Shown: positions 1 to 10,500 of the stretch, piece after piece
Numbering within the stretch: the first letter of the stretch is position 1
Layout of the letters: the number at the start of each line of letters is the position of its first letter
NCBI GenBank assembly: GCA_963773945.1
Contig: CAVZDD010000005.1
Location: 768,503-832,502 of the forward strand
Direction: 5' to 3'
Source of the DNA: an uncultured Thermoplasmata archaeon
GTDB taxonomy: Archaea > Thermoplasmatota > Thermoplasmata > Lutacidiplasmatales > UBA184
Length of the DNA: 64,000 bases
Made by a program: the position numbers and the translations under genes
Notes under the pieces: generated by a model
What the model was told of the DNA's origin: nothing
Database searches by the model: none
Seen by the model: the letters and a program-made list of their open reading frames with translations, nothing else

Positions 1-280
1 TGTAGGTCGACTGGTGGACGGCACCCTCGTCGTCGACGATCGTGATGCATTCCCCTTTGCATTCGAAGAGGTAGGCATCGCACATGATGCAGTCGGGGCC
101 GTTGATGACCCAGGATTGTTCCGCCCGGATCTGGAACTTCGTAACGACGAGGGCCTCGTCGGTAGCCCCCTCGAAGCGGTCCCGAGCCCGCATCTCGAAC
201 ACGTTCACAGGGCAGGCGTTACGGCAGTAAGTGCTCCCAGTGCACTTCCCATGCGCCACTTCCACTGAAACCTTCTCTAT
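1..280 (-). CDS. Ferredoxin-like protein with degenerate 4Fe-4S motifs, runs off the window edge (not in ORF track)
   Basis: Manual translation: IEKVSVEVAHGKCTGSTYCRNACPVNVFEM...GPDCIMCDAYLFECKGECITIVDDEGAVHQSTY. Two dicluster-type motifs, each with one Cys replaced. No ATG; possible GTG at 265. Confidence 0.6.
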   Translation of the reverse strand, partial: MEKVSVEVAHGKCTGSTYCRNACPVNVFEMRARDRFEGATDEALVVTKFQIRAEQSWVINGPDCIMCDAYLFECKGECITIVDDEGAVHQSTY

Positions 281-370
281 CTTCGCCGGCCGCCCCTCGG
301 GTGTCGATAGGGATTACGGCGGTGAATTTCCGCCCGTTTCCCTCGTCCGGCTCGGCGACCCGTTCGTAGT

Positions 371-969
371 TCAGCGGACAGTTTTCGGGCCGAGCGGGAA
401 GGGGGCCCCATGGCCGGGGACGATCCATTTCGCCAGGCCAGCGACCCGGACCCGATTTCGGTGGAGCGCGTCCGCGTTGTCGGCCAGCGGATCCTCTGCC
501 GGACCTGAACTATCCCACCACAGGTGGGTGAACGCGTAGGCCCCGGCCGGAGTCTCAATGAGCGTCGTGATGTCTTGCGGGGTGTGTCCCGGCGTCTCAA
601 GCAACTGAACGTGCGGCGAGGGTCGGAATCCCTCCGCGGGCCGGCTTTCCCACACATCGTTTCGATAGATCGCCCAGAAGTCATGGAAGCGAGCCCGGGG
701 GAAGAGGGCGGCGTTGAGGGTGTGGTCGGGGTGGTGATGCGAGAAGATTACGTCAGTGATCTGCTCGGGTCTCACTCCCAGTCGGGCGAGCGGCCCCAGG
801 ATCGCTGAACGCCGGGGGACCATCCCCGGATCGATAACGATTCGACGGGCACCATCGCGAATGAGGCCGACGGTCCCGGCGACCCCCGGATCCGATACCC
901 TTCGAAGAGGACGTCGACGTGGGGATCGGAGGTGGACCGGGGGTTGGGGCGGGTGCCTACGGGAGACAT
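371..969 (-). CDS. MBL-fold metallo-hydrolase, frameshifted near 895
   Basis: SHHHPDH and TPGHT motifs and a C-terminal PGHG in the 371 frame. The N-terminus MSPVG...VDVLFEGY lies in the 772..969 frame. One extra T at GGGTA(T)TCGGAT joins them. Confidence 0.8.
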
Positions 970-1076
970 ATCGCTCCGCTACGCCATCCGGTTGAAGAGT
1001 CTTCCGAAGGATTCCTCCTGGGTCCGACCGTCCGGGCCGTTTCCTTAAGATGCACGACGCTTGGCGGGACCGAACG

Positions 1077-1919
1077 ATGACAGAAAGATCGTCCACCGCT
1101 GGCTCGTCAGTGACCGGAACCCCATCTGGACGGTCGGTCGCTCTGGTCACGGGTGGGGGAACCGGGCTGGGTCGGGTGATCGCCGAGCACCTCGGACAAG
1201 CGGGATTCGACCTGGTGATTGCCAGTCGTTCGGCCGAGCATCTCGTCAGGGGGGCGGAGGTGTTGCGACAAACCGGCGCTCGCGTCGTTACCGTTCCGAC
1301 CGATGTCCGGAACTTCGAGCAAGTCGAGGCGCTGATGGCGACCGCTCGACGAGAGTTCGGCCGGCTCGACGTGCTCGTGAACAACGCGGCCGGTAACTTC
1401 ATCGCTCCCTCGGAGCGAATTACCCCTAACGGCTGGCGGGCTGTGGTGGGAATCGTCCTGGACGGTACGTTCTACTGTTCGAAGGCCGCGTTCCCTCTCC
1501 TGTGCGAGGCGCCGGCGCCTGCCATTGTCAACATCGTGGCCGCCTACGCGTGGATGGCGGGACCGGGGACGGCCCACTCCGCCGCCGCCAAGGCCGGCGT
1601 CCTCGCGCTGACTCGAACGCTCGCCGTCGAGTGGGCGCCTCACCGGATTCGGGTCAATGCTGTAGCTCCTGGCCCCGTCCGCACGGAGGGGACGGACCGC
1701 CAACTCTGGCTCTCGGAAGATCTCATTCATCGAATCGAGCGCGACATCCCGATGCGCCGGTTCGGAACGCCCGACGAGATCGCCGACGCCGTCACATTCC
1801 TGGCCGGGCCTCGGGCCTCGTACGTGACCGGCCAGGTTTTGGCGGTCGACGGAGGGCAATGGTTGGGGAACGGAATCATGGACTTGCTGAGCGAACTGCC
1901 GACCGACCGACCTGCGTAG
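1077..1919 (+). CDS. SDR oxidoreductase, 2,4-dienoyl-CoA reductase-like
   Basis: TGGGTGLG, NNAAGNF, HSAAAKAGV and VDGG motifs typical of DECR-like SDRs. TTAAG box about 30 nt upstream. Confidence 0.85.
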   Translation: MTERSSTAGSSVTGTPSGRSVALVTGGGTGLGRVIAEHLGQAGFDLVIASRSAEHLVRGAEVLRQTGARVVTVPTDVRNFEQVEALMATARREFGRLDVLVNNAAGNFIAPSERITPNGWRAVVGIVLDGTFYCSKAAFPLLCEAPAPAIVNIVAAYAWMAGPGTAHSAAAKAGVLALTRTLAVEWAPHRIRVNAVAPGPVRTEGTDRQLWLSEDLIHRIERDIPMRRFGTPDEIADAVTFLAGPRASYVTGQVLAVDGGQWLGNGIMDLLSELPTDRPA

Positions 1920-1940
1920 CGGCCGCCACGGCGGGGACTT

Positions 1941-3191
1941 GTGGCGATCGACTCTGCCCACCCCCCGGTACAGTCGCTCGTTCCCGGGTCCCAAACGCGA
2001 CGGGTCCAAGTTTACGCCTATGCCGCCACCGCCTTCTGGGGATTCTCGCTTGGGCTGCTGACCGTCACGCTTCCGTTCCGGTTTCTCCAGCTCGGAATAC
2101 CGATCTTCGAGTACGGAGTGACGCTCAGCGTCTATGCGGCCGGGATGCTCCTCACCGAATCGTTGTGGGGGGTCCTCGCGTTCCGGCTCGCTCGGCCGGC
2201 GACGATCATCGGGCTGGGGAGCGTGGTCGGATTCGCCACCCTGCTCCTCGGCTTCGCGCAGACCTTTCCCGCGTTCCTCCTCGCCGAAGTGCTGCTCGGA
2301 GCGGTGGGGGTCTACCTCGCCCCGCTCCTACGCTGGGTTGCGCTCAGCTCGGGCGGACCGGGCGCGGAGGGACGCGGTGCTGGCCGATGGAGTTCGGTGT
2401 TCGGTCTGGGCATCGCCGTCGGCGTTACGCTCGGCCCGCTCGTTTTCGTCATCTACGGGTTCCGTGACGTGGCCATCACATCGATCGGTGTGCTGGCCAT
2501 TGCCGTGGCCGCTGCCGCGGCACTTCCGTGGTCGCTGGCCGCACTACCGACGGCCGTCCGAAGCCAGCGACGAGCTTTGAGGGCTCTCGCGACCCGTCCG
2601 TTTCTCATTGCCCTCGTGCTCGTCCTAATCGCGTACATTGCGACGACCTTCGCGTCGAATTTTTTTCAATACTACTCGACCGTCCTCTTCGGGGGAACGG
2701 TCACCGAGGCGGGATACGTGCTTGGCGGCGCCCGGTTGCTCTCTCTGGTGGCGGCGTTCGCGCTGGGAACGGTGGTCGACCGCGGGGGCCCCGCCCGCTC
2801 CATCCCACCGGGCTTTGCATTACTACTGATCGGTGCCTTGGCAACGTGGGCCTCCCACTCGTACGACGAGATGGCGGTCGCGACGTTGGTCTTCGCGGCC
2901 GGCACCGGCTGGCTCGCGGCGAGCGTGCTTCCGTTCGCGGTGGAGGCGATGCCGAGGGTTCATCAAGGTACTGCTATCGGCGTCTTCGGTTCGACCGAAG
3001 ACGCGGGGCTCTTGATCGGCCCGCTCCTTTTTGGGGCTGCCTGGACCACCTATGGTCCGACCAGCATCTTCCCGGTCGCGACGGCTGTCGCCGCGGTGGG
3101 GCTCGTTGCCAGCCTGATGGTTTTTGGCCAGAACCGGCGACCGCGCCGGATCGCCGCTAGTCCCGAAGCCGCCGCCGGTGACCCCGATTGA
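1941..3191 (+). CDS. MFS transporter
   Basis: 416 aa with about 12 hydrophobic segments and a GTVVDRGG loop motif. Confidence 0.85.
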   Translation: MAIDSAHPPVQSLVPGSQTRRVQVYAYAATAFWGFSLGLLTVTLPFRFLQLGIPIFEYGVTLSVYAAGMLLTESLWGVLAFRLARPATIIGLGSVVGFATLLLGFAQTFPAFLLAEVLLGAVGVYLAPLLRWVALSSGGPGAEGRGAGRWSSVFGLGIAVGVTLGPLVFVIYGFRDVAITSIGVLAIAVAAAAALPWSLAALPTAVRSQRRALRALATRPFLIALVLVLIAYIATTFASNFFQYYSTVLFGGTVTEAGYVLGGARLLSLVAAFALGTVVDRGGPARSIPPGFALLLIGALATWASHSYDEMAVATLVFAAGTGWLAASVLPFAVEAMPRVHQGTAIGVFGSTEDAGLLIGPLLFGAAWTTYGPTSIFPVATAVAAVGLVASLMVFGQNRRPRRIAASPEAAAGDPD

Positions 3192-4863
3192 GCGGCGACG
3201 TGTCCTAATAGTTGCCGTTCTTCGAGGGGGCGGAGAAGGGACTTCTCTGCCGGCCCCCACGTTCATCTTGACCAACGCGCGGATCTGGACGGGGGACCCG
3301 TCCGTTCCCGAAGCGGAGGCTCTCGCGGCCGTGGGAGGCCGCATCATGGCACTCGGGTCGCGTCGGGAGATCGAACGGAGTGCGGATTCGAAGACCGAGA
3401 TTCTGGACGCGGCCGGGCGGCGCGTGATCCCGGGCCTGATAGACGCGCATGTTCACCTGATTTGGGCCTACGAACTCGGTCACTGGATCGACCTGTCAGA
3501 CCATCCTCCGATATTGGAGGTGCAGCGGCGGGTGCGCGAGTACGCCCATGCGCACCCCGACGAGGAGATCATCGTCGGACACGGATTCGATTATGCCGCC
3601 CTCGGCGGCGAAGGGTTACCCACCGCCCAGGATCTCGACACGACGGTCTACGACCGACCGGTGCTGCTCACCTCGTGGGACGGTCACACGGGGTGGGGAA
3701 ACTCCCGGTTCGTCGAGCGTGCACAGGCCGTCCTGGCCAAGGCGAAGCGGGACGTTGGGGGGATGCAACGAGACCCGAAGACGCGCAAGCCGACGGGCAT
3801 CTTCACCGAATCCTTCGATCTCGAAGCGTTGCTGCCCGAGTTCGACCGCCGGAAATCCATCGAAGGGCTCGAACGCATCCTCACGGCGGCCAGCGGATAC
3901 GGGATCACGACGGCCTTTGACGTCCAGGTTCCGCTGGAGGCGTTGAGCGGGTACGAGCAGCTCCGGAATCGTAATGCCTTGCCCGTTCGAATTCGTGCGG
4001 CGATCTATCATCCTCGGGGAACCGCGAAGCACCGATACCCGGAATTCATGAACGCAGTCGCCAAGGCGCACGACGATTGGTTCGGGGTGGGCGCGATCAA
4101 ACTCTACATCGACGGCGTTCAAGAGACCGGAACGGCGGCGCTGCTGGAGCCGTACTCGAACGACCCCTCCTCGCGCGGCAAGACGGTCTACCCCGTGGCG
4201 GAGTACGAAGCGATCGTCCAAGATCTCGACCGACGGGGATTCCAAGTGCTTACGCATGCGTGCGGCGACCGAGGCGTACGGATCGCCCTCGACGCCTATG
4301 AGAAGGCCTCGGCGATCAACCGGATGCTGGGACGACGGCACCGGATCGAGCATTGTGAGAACCTGGCAGAGGAGGATATTCCCCGATTCGCCCGCCTGGG
4401 CGTGATCCCGTGCATGATGCCGCGCCACTCGGCCCCCGAGCTCACGCGCCGCTGGAGGACCGCGGTCGGTCTTCCCCGTACGCGGCGCGCCTTCCCCTGG
4501 AGCACGCTGCTCGCCTCGGGAGCCGACCTCGCCTTCGCGAGTGACTGGCCGGTCGCCGAACTCAACCCGTGGGTGGGAATCCACGCCGCGGTCCAGCGAA
4601 CCGATCCGTCGGGCGAGCCGTCGCCCTTGCGGCTTTCCTTTGCCCAGGCGCTCGCCGCCTACACGAGAGGCGCCGCGTTCGCGACGCACTGCGAGACGAC
4701 GCGGGGAACCTTAGCGGTGAATAAGTACGCCGATTTGGTCGTGGTTGCCCCGGACCCCTTCGAGGTGCCGGCCGAGAAACTGGCCGGAATCCGGACCATC
4801 GCAACGGTGATCGACGCGCGGACGGTGTTCGCCGACCCCGAGAACGGCCCCCGACCGGACTGA
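3124..4863 (+). CDS. Amidohydrolase 3 family (YtcJ-like); true start probably near 3247-3268
   Basis: PGLIDAHVH, KLYIDG, HACGD, RIEH and SDWPV motifs. Confidence 0.88.
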   Translation: MARTGDRAGSPLVPKPPPVTPIERRRVLIVAVLRGGGEGTSLPAPTFILTNARIWTGDPSVPEAEALAAVGGRIMALGSRREIERSADSKTEILDAAGRRVIPGLIDAHVHLIWAYELGHWIDLSDHPPILEVQRRVREYAHAHPDEEIIVGHGFDYAALGGEGLPTAQDLDTTVYDRPVLLTSWDGHTGWGNSRFVERAQAVLAKAKRDVGGMQRDPKTRKPTGIFTESFDLEALLPEFDRRKSIEGLERILTAASGYGITTAFDVQVPLEALSGYEQLRNRNALPVRIRAAIYHPRGTAKHRYPEFMNAVAKAHDDWFGVGAIKLYIDGVQETGTAALLEPYSNDPSSRGKTVYPVAEYEAIVQDLDRRGFQVLTHACGDRGVRIALDAYEKASAINRMLGRRHRIEHCENLAEEDIPRFARLGVIPCMMPRHSAPELTRRWRTAVGLPRTRRAFPWSTLLASGADLAFASDWPVAELNPWVGIHAAVQRTDPSGEPSPLRLSFAQALAAYTRGAAFATHCETTRGTLAVNKYADLVVVAPDPFEVPAEKLAGIRTIATVIDARTVFADPENGPRPD

Positions 4864-5074
4864 CCATCGTGTCCCGCCCGGCGGGGCACGGGGGACTCTA
4901 CGTGGCACGCGAACTAGTCGACGGAAGGGGTGTCGGGGAAATAGAGGGGTAGAACGGGTTGGGGAGACGCGGAGCTGGTTCGATTCGCTCGTTTCTGCAT
5001 GTTGGAGCGGCCCCCTCCTGGTACCGGGCCGACCTAGCCATCGCGTCCCGCGATATACAAACTCTGTTCGTCGA

Positions 5075-6064
5075 TCAGAGCTCGGTCGGGGGGGCCGAGG
5101 CAACCCCGAGGGCGGTCAAATTCAACCAGACCCGACCCGAGCCACCGGGGACGAACTCAAACCCCAGACTCTTGTAGAGACGGACCGCCGCCGCGTTCCA
5201 CCTTGTGACGACCAATCGCGGGACTTCGAACCCGGCAGCGCGCAGGGCTCCAATCGTGGCGGGCAGCAGCTGGCGGGCGAGGCCTTGCCGGCGGAACGAG
5301 GGGTCGACGCCGACCTCGGTGATCAACCCTCCCTCCAATTCATTGGCTAGGGTATGAGCGATCAAGCGACCCCCTTCTTCGATGCCGAAGGAAGCGTCGG
5401 GGAGCCAGCGCCCGACGTTCCCGTGGAGCAGGTCGTGGGTTCCCAACCGCGCGTCTTCTCGCTGGTCGAGCGTGGTCGCAAAGAGCGCCCGCTCCGGGCT
5501 TTCCGCGTAAGCGCGGAACAGGAGATCCGCAATCAACGACTCGTCCGCAACGGTCAGGCTTCGGGGGGCGAACCCCGGCCGAGGGGGTGGCCGGGGGGGA
5601 TCACGCCCCTTGGGAAGGTGCATGTCGGACCGGACCGCCGGAGAGAATCCCCGGCCACCGAACACCGCCGCGCGATCTCCGTCGGAGACCCCGGGAACTT
5701 CGTCCGCCCAGCTGACGAATGGAAGGTCGGGAGGAACGCTCGCTTCGAGACGGTGGAGGAACTCCTCGAGGACCACGCGCCGTTGGTAGCCCTCGGCGAG
5801 ATACAGGAACCCCCGGCGGCCGAGTGTTCCTGCCCGCTCCCAACCGGCGAGACCCACGGCCTCGTCCCCCGGCCCCGTCCAAAGCAGGCCCAGGAACGAC
5901 GAGTCCTCCACTTTTCGGCGAAGGTGCCCGGCCGCGTAGTCGGCCCAGCTCTTTCCGTCCCGTCGAAGCAGATCCCGGTACTCGACGATCAGACGGAGCG
6001 TCTCGGCCGGGAACTCGATGGCCGGGACCAGGGCTCTCATCGGGCTGACCGGTACGTCGCTCAT
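5075..6064 (-). CDS. GNAT N-acetyltransferase (C-terminal GNAT domain)
   Basis: VGVDPSFRRQGLA acetyl-CoA motif and NAAAVRLYKSLGF. Confidence 0.85.
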   Translation of the reverse strand: MSDVPVSPMRALVPAIEFPAETLRLIVEYRDLLRRDGKSWADYAAGHLRRKVEDSSFLGLLWTGPGDEAVGLAGWERAGTLGRRGFLYLAEGYQRRVVLEEFLHRLEASVPPDLPFVSWADEVPGVSDGDRAAVFGGRGFSPAVRSDMHLPKGRDPPRPPPRPGFAPRSLTVADESLIADLLFRAYAESPERALFATTLDQREDARLGTHDLLHGNVGRWLPDASFGIEEGGRLIAHTLANELEGGLITEVGVDPSFRRQGLARQLLPATIGALRAAGFEVPRLVVTRWNAAAVRLYKSLGFEFVPGGSGRVWLNLTALGVASAPPTEL

Positions 6065-6170
6065 CCGACTGGGGCGGACGAGGGGAACCGGCCCTTAAGC
6101 ACGGCCCCTTCGCGGACCTAGCCGGGACTCCGCCCGGAGAATCCGTCGACGTCCCGCCGTCGTGAGCGGG

Positions 6171-6887
6171 CTAGATCCGGGTGTCGACCAGCAGCAACTC
6201 GGTGTCGCGATCGGCTACGACCCGAAGCGTAGCCTCGTCCACGAATTCCGCGGCGGCGAGCGCGACGAGGGGTTGTCCATTCGCCTGCACGGGTCCCCCC
6301 TCCAAGACGTAGAGGTAGGCCCCCCGACCCCGTTCGAGCGGATGGGAGATCGCCCGCCCGGCCTCGAGAAACGACGAAAAGACGCTTGCGTCGCTCCGGA
6401 GCGGAAGCGCCCCCTCGTGCCGGGGGCTGGCCAGCGGCAAGAACCCGTTGGTGCGTTCCGGCCGGGCCACCGCCTTCTGTTCGACCGACGGGTCCAGGTC
6501 GAGGCGTTCCGGGAGGAACCACATCTGAATGAATCGCATCGGTTGATCCGGCCGGTTGTTGATCTCGGCGTGCCACATCCCCCGGCCGACGGTCGTATGT
6601 TGAACCCCGCCCTGTTGGAGCACTCCGCCCAGACCCCGCTCGTCCTCGTGCCGGAACTCTCCCCCCGCGACGTACGTGACGACTTCGTTGTGGCGGTGGG
6701 GGTGGAGCGGCCAGGTCGCCCCGGCGCTGAGCGTGTCGTCGTTCAACACCCGGAGTTGTCCAAACTTCACGAACTTGGGGTCCGTATAGTCGTCGAAGGA
6801 GAAGTGCCAGCGGCCGCGGAAGGTGCCGTTCTGAATCTCCCCCTCGGCCTGGTGAATGGTCTCCGGCAGGCGAACCAGGATCGACAT
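6171..6887 (-). CDS. Pirin family protein
   Basis: HFSFDDY, LRVLNDD, HPHRHNEVVTYV, HAEIN and QMWFLP motifs. Confidence 0.9.
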   Translation of the reverse strand: MSILVRLPETIHQAEGEIQNGTFRGRWHFSFDDYTDPKFVKFGQLRVLNDDTLSAGATWPLHPHRHNEVVTYVAGGEFRHEDERGLGGVLQQGGVQHTTVGRGMWHAEINNRPDQPMRFIQMWFLPERLDLDPSVEQKAVARPERTNGFLPLASPRHEGALPLRSDASVFSSFLEAGRAISHPLERGRGAYLYVLEGGPVQANGQPLVALAAAEFVDEATLRVVADRDTELLLVDTRI

Positions 6888-6980
6888 CGCGCTTCCCCCC
6901 GAGGATAGAGGGAGCGTCCAGCATATCAACGTAGGGACCGAGTTCGAGTCGAGGGGGCCCGACGGCGGCCCGAGGGCGCC

Positions 6981-8945
6981 TCAGCGTGAGGTTCGCTTGA
7001 GTTCCGCTTCGAGCTCCCGGTAGGCCCGGCGCGCCTCCTCGATGCTCGTTTCGTCCTCGAGGGTGGTTGTGTCTCCGAGCGGTCGGTCTTCGACCACGTC
7101 GCGGATCAGCCGACGCATGATTTTCGCGCTGCGAGTCTTCGGCACCTTGTCGACGAAGTAGATCGCCGAGGGGACCGCGATGGCCCCCATCGAGGACCGG
7201 ACCAGCTCGAAAAGTTCCTGCCGCAGCTGCGGACTCGCGGAGAAGCCCGGCTTGAGCACGACGCACGCGACCGGCACCTGTCCCTTGATTTCGTCGTGTC
7301 GGCCGATGACGGCCGACTCCGCCACGGCCGGATGGGTGATGAAAATGTTCTCCAGCTCGATGGTGGCGATGCGGTGGCCGGCGACCTTCAGGACCTCGTC
7401 GGCCCGTCCGAGGAGCCAGAGATAGCCGTCGGCGTCCGCCATGGCATAGTCGGCGGGATAGTACCACTTCGGGAAGCGGGAGAAGTAGACGGATTGGAAC
7501 CGGGCCTCGTCGTTCCAGAGGCCGATGAACTGGCCCGGCCACGGTTTTCGGATGACGATGTACCCCTTGCGGTCCGGCGGCAGCGGCACGCCGGCTTCGT
7601 CGACGACTTGGGCGTCCACGCCAGGAATCGGCAGGGTGGCGGAGCCGGGCTTGAGAGGAAAGTGCGCCGTACCCGGCTGGGGCGAGATCAGAATGCCGCC
7701 GGTCTCCGTTTGCCACCACGTGTCGACGATCGGGCACCGGGCTCCCCCGATTTCGCGGTAATACCAGTTCCAGGCCTCGGGATTGATCGCCTCGCCGACG
7801 GTCCCTAGCAGTCGGAGGGATGTGAGGTCGTGCATCCGGGGCCAGCGGTCGCCGTGCTTGATCGCGGCCCGGATCGCCGTCGGGGACGTGTACAGCGTCG
7901 TCACCCCGTACCGTTGGATGATGTTCCACCATCGGTCCGGTTGGGGGAAGTCCGGTGCCCCTTCGTAGATCACCGAGGATAGGCCGGCGAGGAGCGGTCC
8001 ATAGACGACGTACGTGTGCCCGGTGACCCACCCGATGTCGGCCGTGCACCAGAAGAGGTCGCGGTCCGTCGTGTCAAACACGACGCGCGTCGTGTAGTAC
8101 GCCCACAGCATGTACCCGCCCGTGGAATGGACGGCACCTTTCGGGCGGCCGGTGGTGCCGGAGGTATAGAGGATGAAACTCGGATGCGGTCCGGAAACCG
8201 GGGCGGCCGCGACCGTTCCCGAGCTGCCGGCCAGCGCGTCGTGGTACCACTCGTCCCGGTCCGGGTCCATCTGGACTTCGGAGCCGGTGCGTCGCACGAC
8301 GAGGACCTTTTCGACCGAGGGGGTCAGATACAGGGCGTCGTCCACGATGGATTTCAGCGCGACCACTTTTCCGCGCCGCCATCCGCCGTCGGCGGTGATC
8401 ACCAGCCTTGAGCCCGAATCGTTGATACGTTCGGCGAGGGCCGGGGCGGGGAACCCTCCGAAGACGACGGAATGAATGGCCCCCAGGCGTGCGGACGCGA
8501 GCATGGCGACCGGGAGTTCGGGGATCATCGGAAGGTAGAGCGTGATGCGGTCTCCGGGCCGGATTCCGGCCTCCTGGAGCGCCGCGGCCAATCGGTTGAC
8601 TTCCCGGTAGAGTTGAAAGTACGTCAACGCCCGATGGTCCCCCGGTTCGCCTTCCCAGTAGAACGCGACCTTGTGCCGTCGCGGCGACTCGATCCAACGG
8701 TCGAGGCAGTTGTACGCCAGGTTCGTCGACCAGCCCGGGAACCACCGGCCGTAAGGAGCCGCCTCGGTGGGTTCGAACAGCGGTCCTTGCCGATCGAACC
8801 ACGAGAGTTCGGTCGCGACCGGTCGCCAGAAACCTTCGGGATCCTCGAGGGCGCGTCGATTGAGTTCCTGAATCTTCAGGATGCCCGGCGAGACCGACCG
8901 GGTCGTTTGCAACGCGTTTCGAGGCGCGGGGTTCGGCTCCTCCAT
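6981..8945 (-). CDS. acs: Acetyl-CoA synthetase (AMP-forming)
   Basis: YTSGTTGRPKG, DTWWQTETG and PKTRSAKIMRR motifs. Confidence 0.95.
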   Translation of the reverse strand: MEEPNPAPRNALQTTRSVSPGILKIQELNRRALEDPEGFWRPVATELSWFDRQGPLFEPTEAAPYGRWFPGWSTNLAYNCLDRWIESPRRHKVAFYWEGEPGDHRALTYFQLYREVNRLAAALQEAGIRPGDRITLYLPMIPELPVAMLASARLGAIHSVVFGGFPAPALAERINDSGSRLVITADGGWRRGKVVALKSIVDDALYLTPSVEKVLVVRRTGSEVQMDPDRDEWYHDALAGSSGTVAAAPVSGPHPSFILYTSGTTGRPKGAVHSTGGYMLWAYYTTRVVFDTTDRDLFWCTADIGWVTGHTYVVYGPLLAGLSSVIYEGAPDFPQPDRWWNIIQRYGVTTLYTSPTAIRAAIKHGDRWPRMHDLTSLRLLGTVGEAINPEAWNWYYREIGGARCPIVDTWWQTETGGILISPQPGTAHFPLKPGSATLPIPGVDAQVVDEAGVPLPPDRKGYIVIRKPWPGQFIGLWNDEARFQSVYFSRFPKWYYPADYAMADADGYLWLLGRADEVLKVAGHRIATIELENIFITHPAVAESAVIGRHDEIKGQVPVACVVLKPGFSASPQLRQELFELVRSSMGAIAVPSAIYFVDKVPKTRSAKIMRRLIRDVVEDRPLGDTTTLEDETSIEEARRAYRELEAELKRTSR

Positions 8946-9009
8946 CCGTCAAGCCGAGGGTACCGAAACGCTCCGAAGTAACTTACGGAAGGACCGGCGC
9001 GGGCTTCAG

Positions 9010-9153
9010 CTAGGGGGTGGGCGGGAGCACGCGCATCGTACAGGGCATGGTCACCCCGCACTCCCCGCAGAACCAGCCCTCCTCGGTCGTCCAGAGGAAC
9101 TCCCCGCAGCGGTCGCACCTTCGGGGGTCCCCCGAGTCGTTCCGGCACGTCAT
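9010..9153 (-). CDS. Small Zn-ribbon protein, 47 aa (below ORF-track cutoff)
   Basis: Manual translation MTCRNDSGDPRRCDRCGEFLWTTEEGWFCGECGVTMPCTMRVLPPTP. Two CxxCG knuckles; fills the osmC-acs gap on the same strand. Confidence 0.65.
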   Translation of the reverse strand: MTCRNDSGDPRRCDRCGEFLWTTEEGWFCGECGVTMPCTMRVLPPTP

Positions 9154-9226
9154 CCAGCGGCCGTCGTCCTACGCACCAGAGGTTTCGCGCTCACCCAGCT
9201 CGCGTCCCGAGGGGTGGCACCCCCCC

Positions 9227-9670
9227 TCAGGACCCACCTGTCGCCAGATGAGTGTTCAAGCGGATCTCGACGTTCCCCTTGATGGCGTTCGAGATCGGGC
9301 AGCCCTCTTTGGCGCCCCAGGCGAGCTCGTCGAACTTTTCCTTGGTGATCTTGGGGACTTCCCCGGTGACCGTCAATTCCATCGTGGTTACGCGCCACGC
9401 TTCGCCGACCTTGTCGAAGGTTGCCACCGCCTGAACCGTCAACCGGTCCGGAGGGGTGCCGTTGCGACCGAGTCCCCCGGAAAACGCCATGCAATAGCAG
9501 GCCGCATGGGCGGCGGCGAGCAGTTCCTCGGGGCTGGTCTTGCCGTTCGAAGCTTCGGTCCTCGAGGCCCAGCTCACAGCCACCTCGGGCACCGCGCCGC
9601 TCTTGAATCGGACGTGACCGCTTCCCTTCAACAGGTCGTGCTCCCAAACAGCTTCCGCGGTGCTCTTCAT
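9227..9670 (-). CDS. osmC: OsmC family peroxiredoxin
   Basis: SPEELLAAAHAACY and CPISNA motifs. Confidence 0.92.
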   Translation of the reverse strand: MKSTAEAVWEHDLLKGSGHVRFKSGAVPEVAVSWASRTEASNGKTSPEELLAAAHAACYCMAFSGGLGRNGTPPDRLTVQAVATFDKVGEAWRVTTMELTVTGEVPKITKEKFDELAWGAKEGCPISNAIKGNVEIRLNTHLATGGS

Positions 9671-9747
9671 GGTCGTCGGCAGGTCGAAACCTCCGAGGGC
9701 CTTAAGCTTCGTTCAAGCGGCGTGCGGCGAAGCGTTCCGATAGAGCG

Positions 9748-10425
9748 CTAGACTCGTTTCGAGCGCTTCGGGGCCGCGCCCTTCCGCTTCTTCGGGGCCG
9801 ACGGTTTCGCGGGGGTCCGGCGCAGCGCCTTGTCCACCATTTCACGCACAGCGCCTTCGGGCGACGAGGGATTCCGGTCGGTGGCCCAGACCTTCTCCCC
9901 GGCCCGTATCGGCACCGGAAGGTCATTCTCCGCCGGCGGGAAGCTGCACTCGAACGAGTCGGTGTAAGCCGAGTAGGGGTTGAAGGCGCGATTGAAATCC
10001 AGGTCGTATTCGTCGGTTTCGTTCAGGTCGATCGTCAGGTAGCGACCCGGCCCGTAGGTGTCCCTGCCCGACGTCCGGTCGCGGAACGGAACGAACACGG
10101 AGGTGCTCGCTGAACCGCTCGCATGGTAGACTCCGAGGCTCAAGGCGCGACCGACGAGCGTAAATCGTAAATGGCCGACGAGGCGCATCTCAGCCTGGTT
10201 GTCCCGGTTCGTCCGCAAGTAGGCGTATTGGGGCGGATCGACCCGTTTCAGGACGGCCGGAACTCGATATTTAGGGTCGGGCGGGAAGTACTGGAGTCCC
10301 GCAAACCCCGGAACGTGGGCGTCGACGAATGGCGACTCCGGGTGCTCGGTCATGAAGCGGTCCTTGAGCCGACGCTCTTCGCCGAGCTCCGTGAGGTAGC
10401 GGCGGTCCAACGCCGGCGGTGCCAT
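9748..10425 (-). CDS. DUF1684 domain protein
   Basis: FVPFRDRTSGRDTYGPGRY and DFNRAFNPY motifs. Confidence 0.85.
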   Translation of the reverse strand: MAPPALDRRYLTELGEERRLKDRFMTEHPESPFVDAHVPGFAGLQYFPPDPKYRVPAVLKRVDPPQYAYLRTNRDNQAEMRLVGHLRFTLVGRALSLGVYHASGSASTSVFVPFRDRTSGRDTYGPGRYLTIDLNETDEYDLDFNRAFNPYSAYTDSFECSFPPAENDLPVPIRAGEKVWATDRNPSSPEGAVREMVDKALRRTPAKPSAPKKRKGAAPKRSKRV

Positions 10426-10500
10426 TGGGGCCGCGAATCGACCCGCGCCTTAAGTTCTCGGGGGCGACGGGCGGGGCCTTCCCCGGGGCACCGAGGGGGG

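Noticed and set aside
4864..5074. 28- and 47-codon minus-strand ORFs in the intergenic gap
   Set aside because: No motif or coding-like composition; not supportable.
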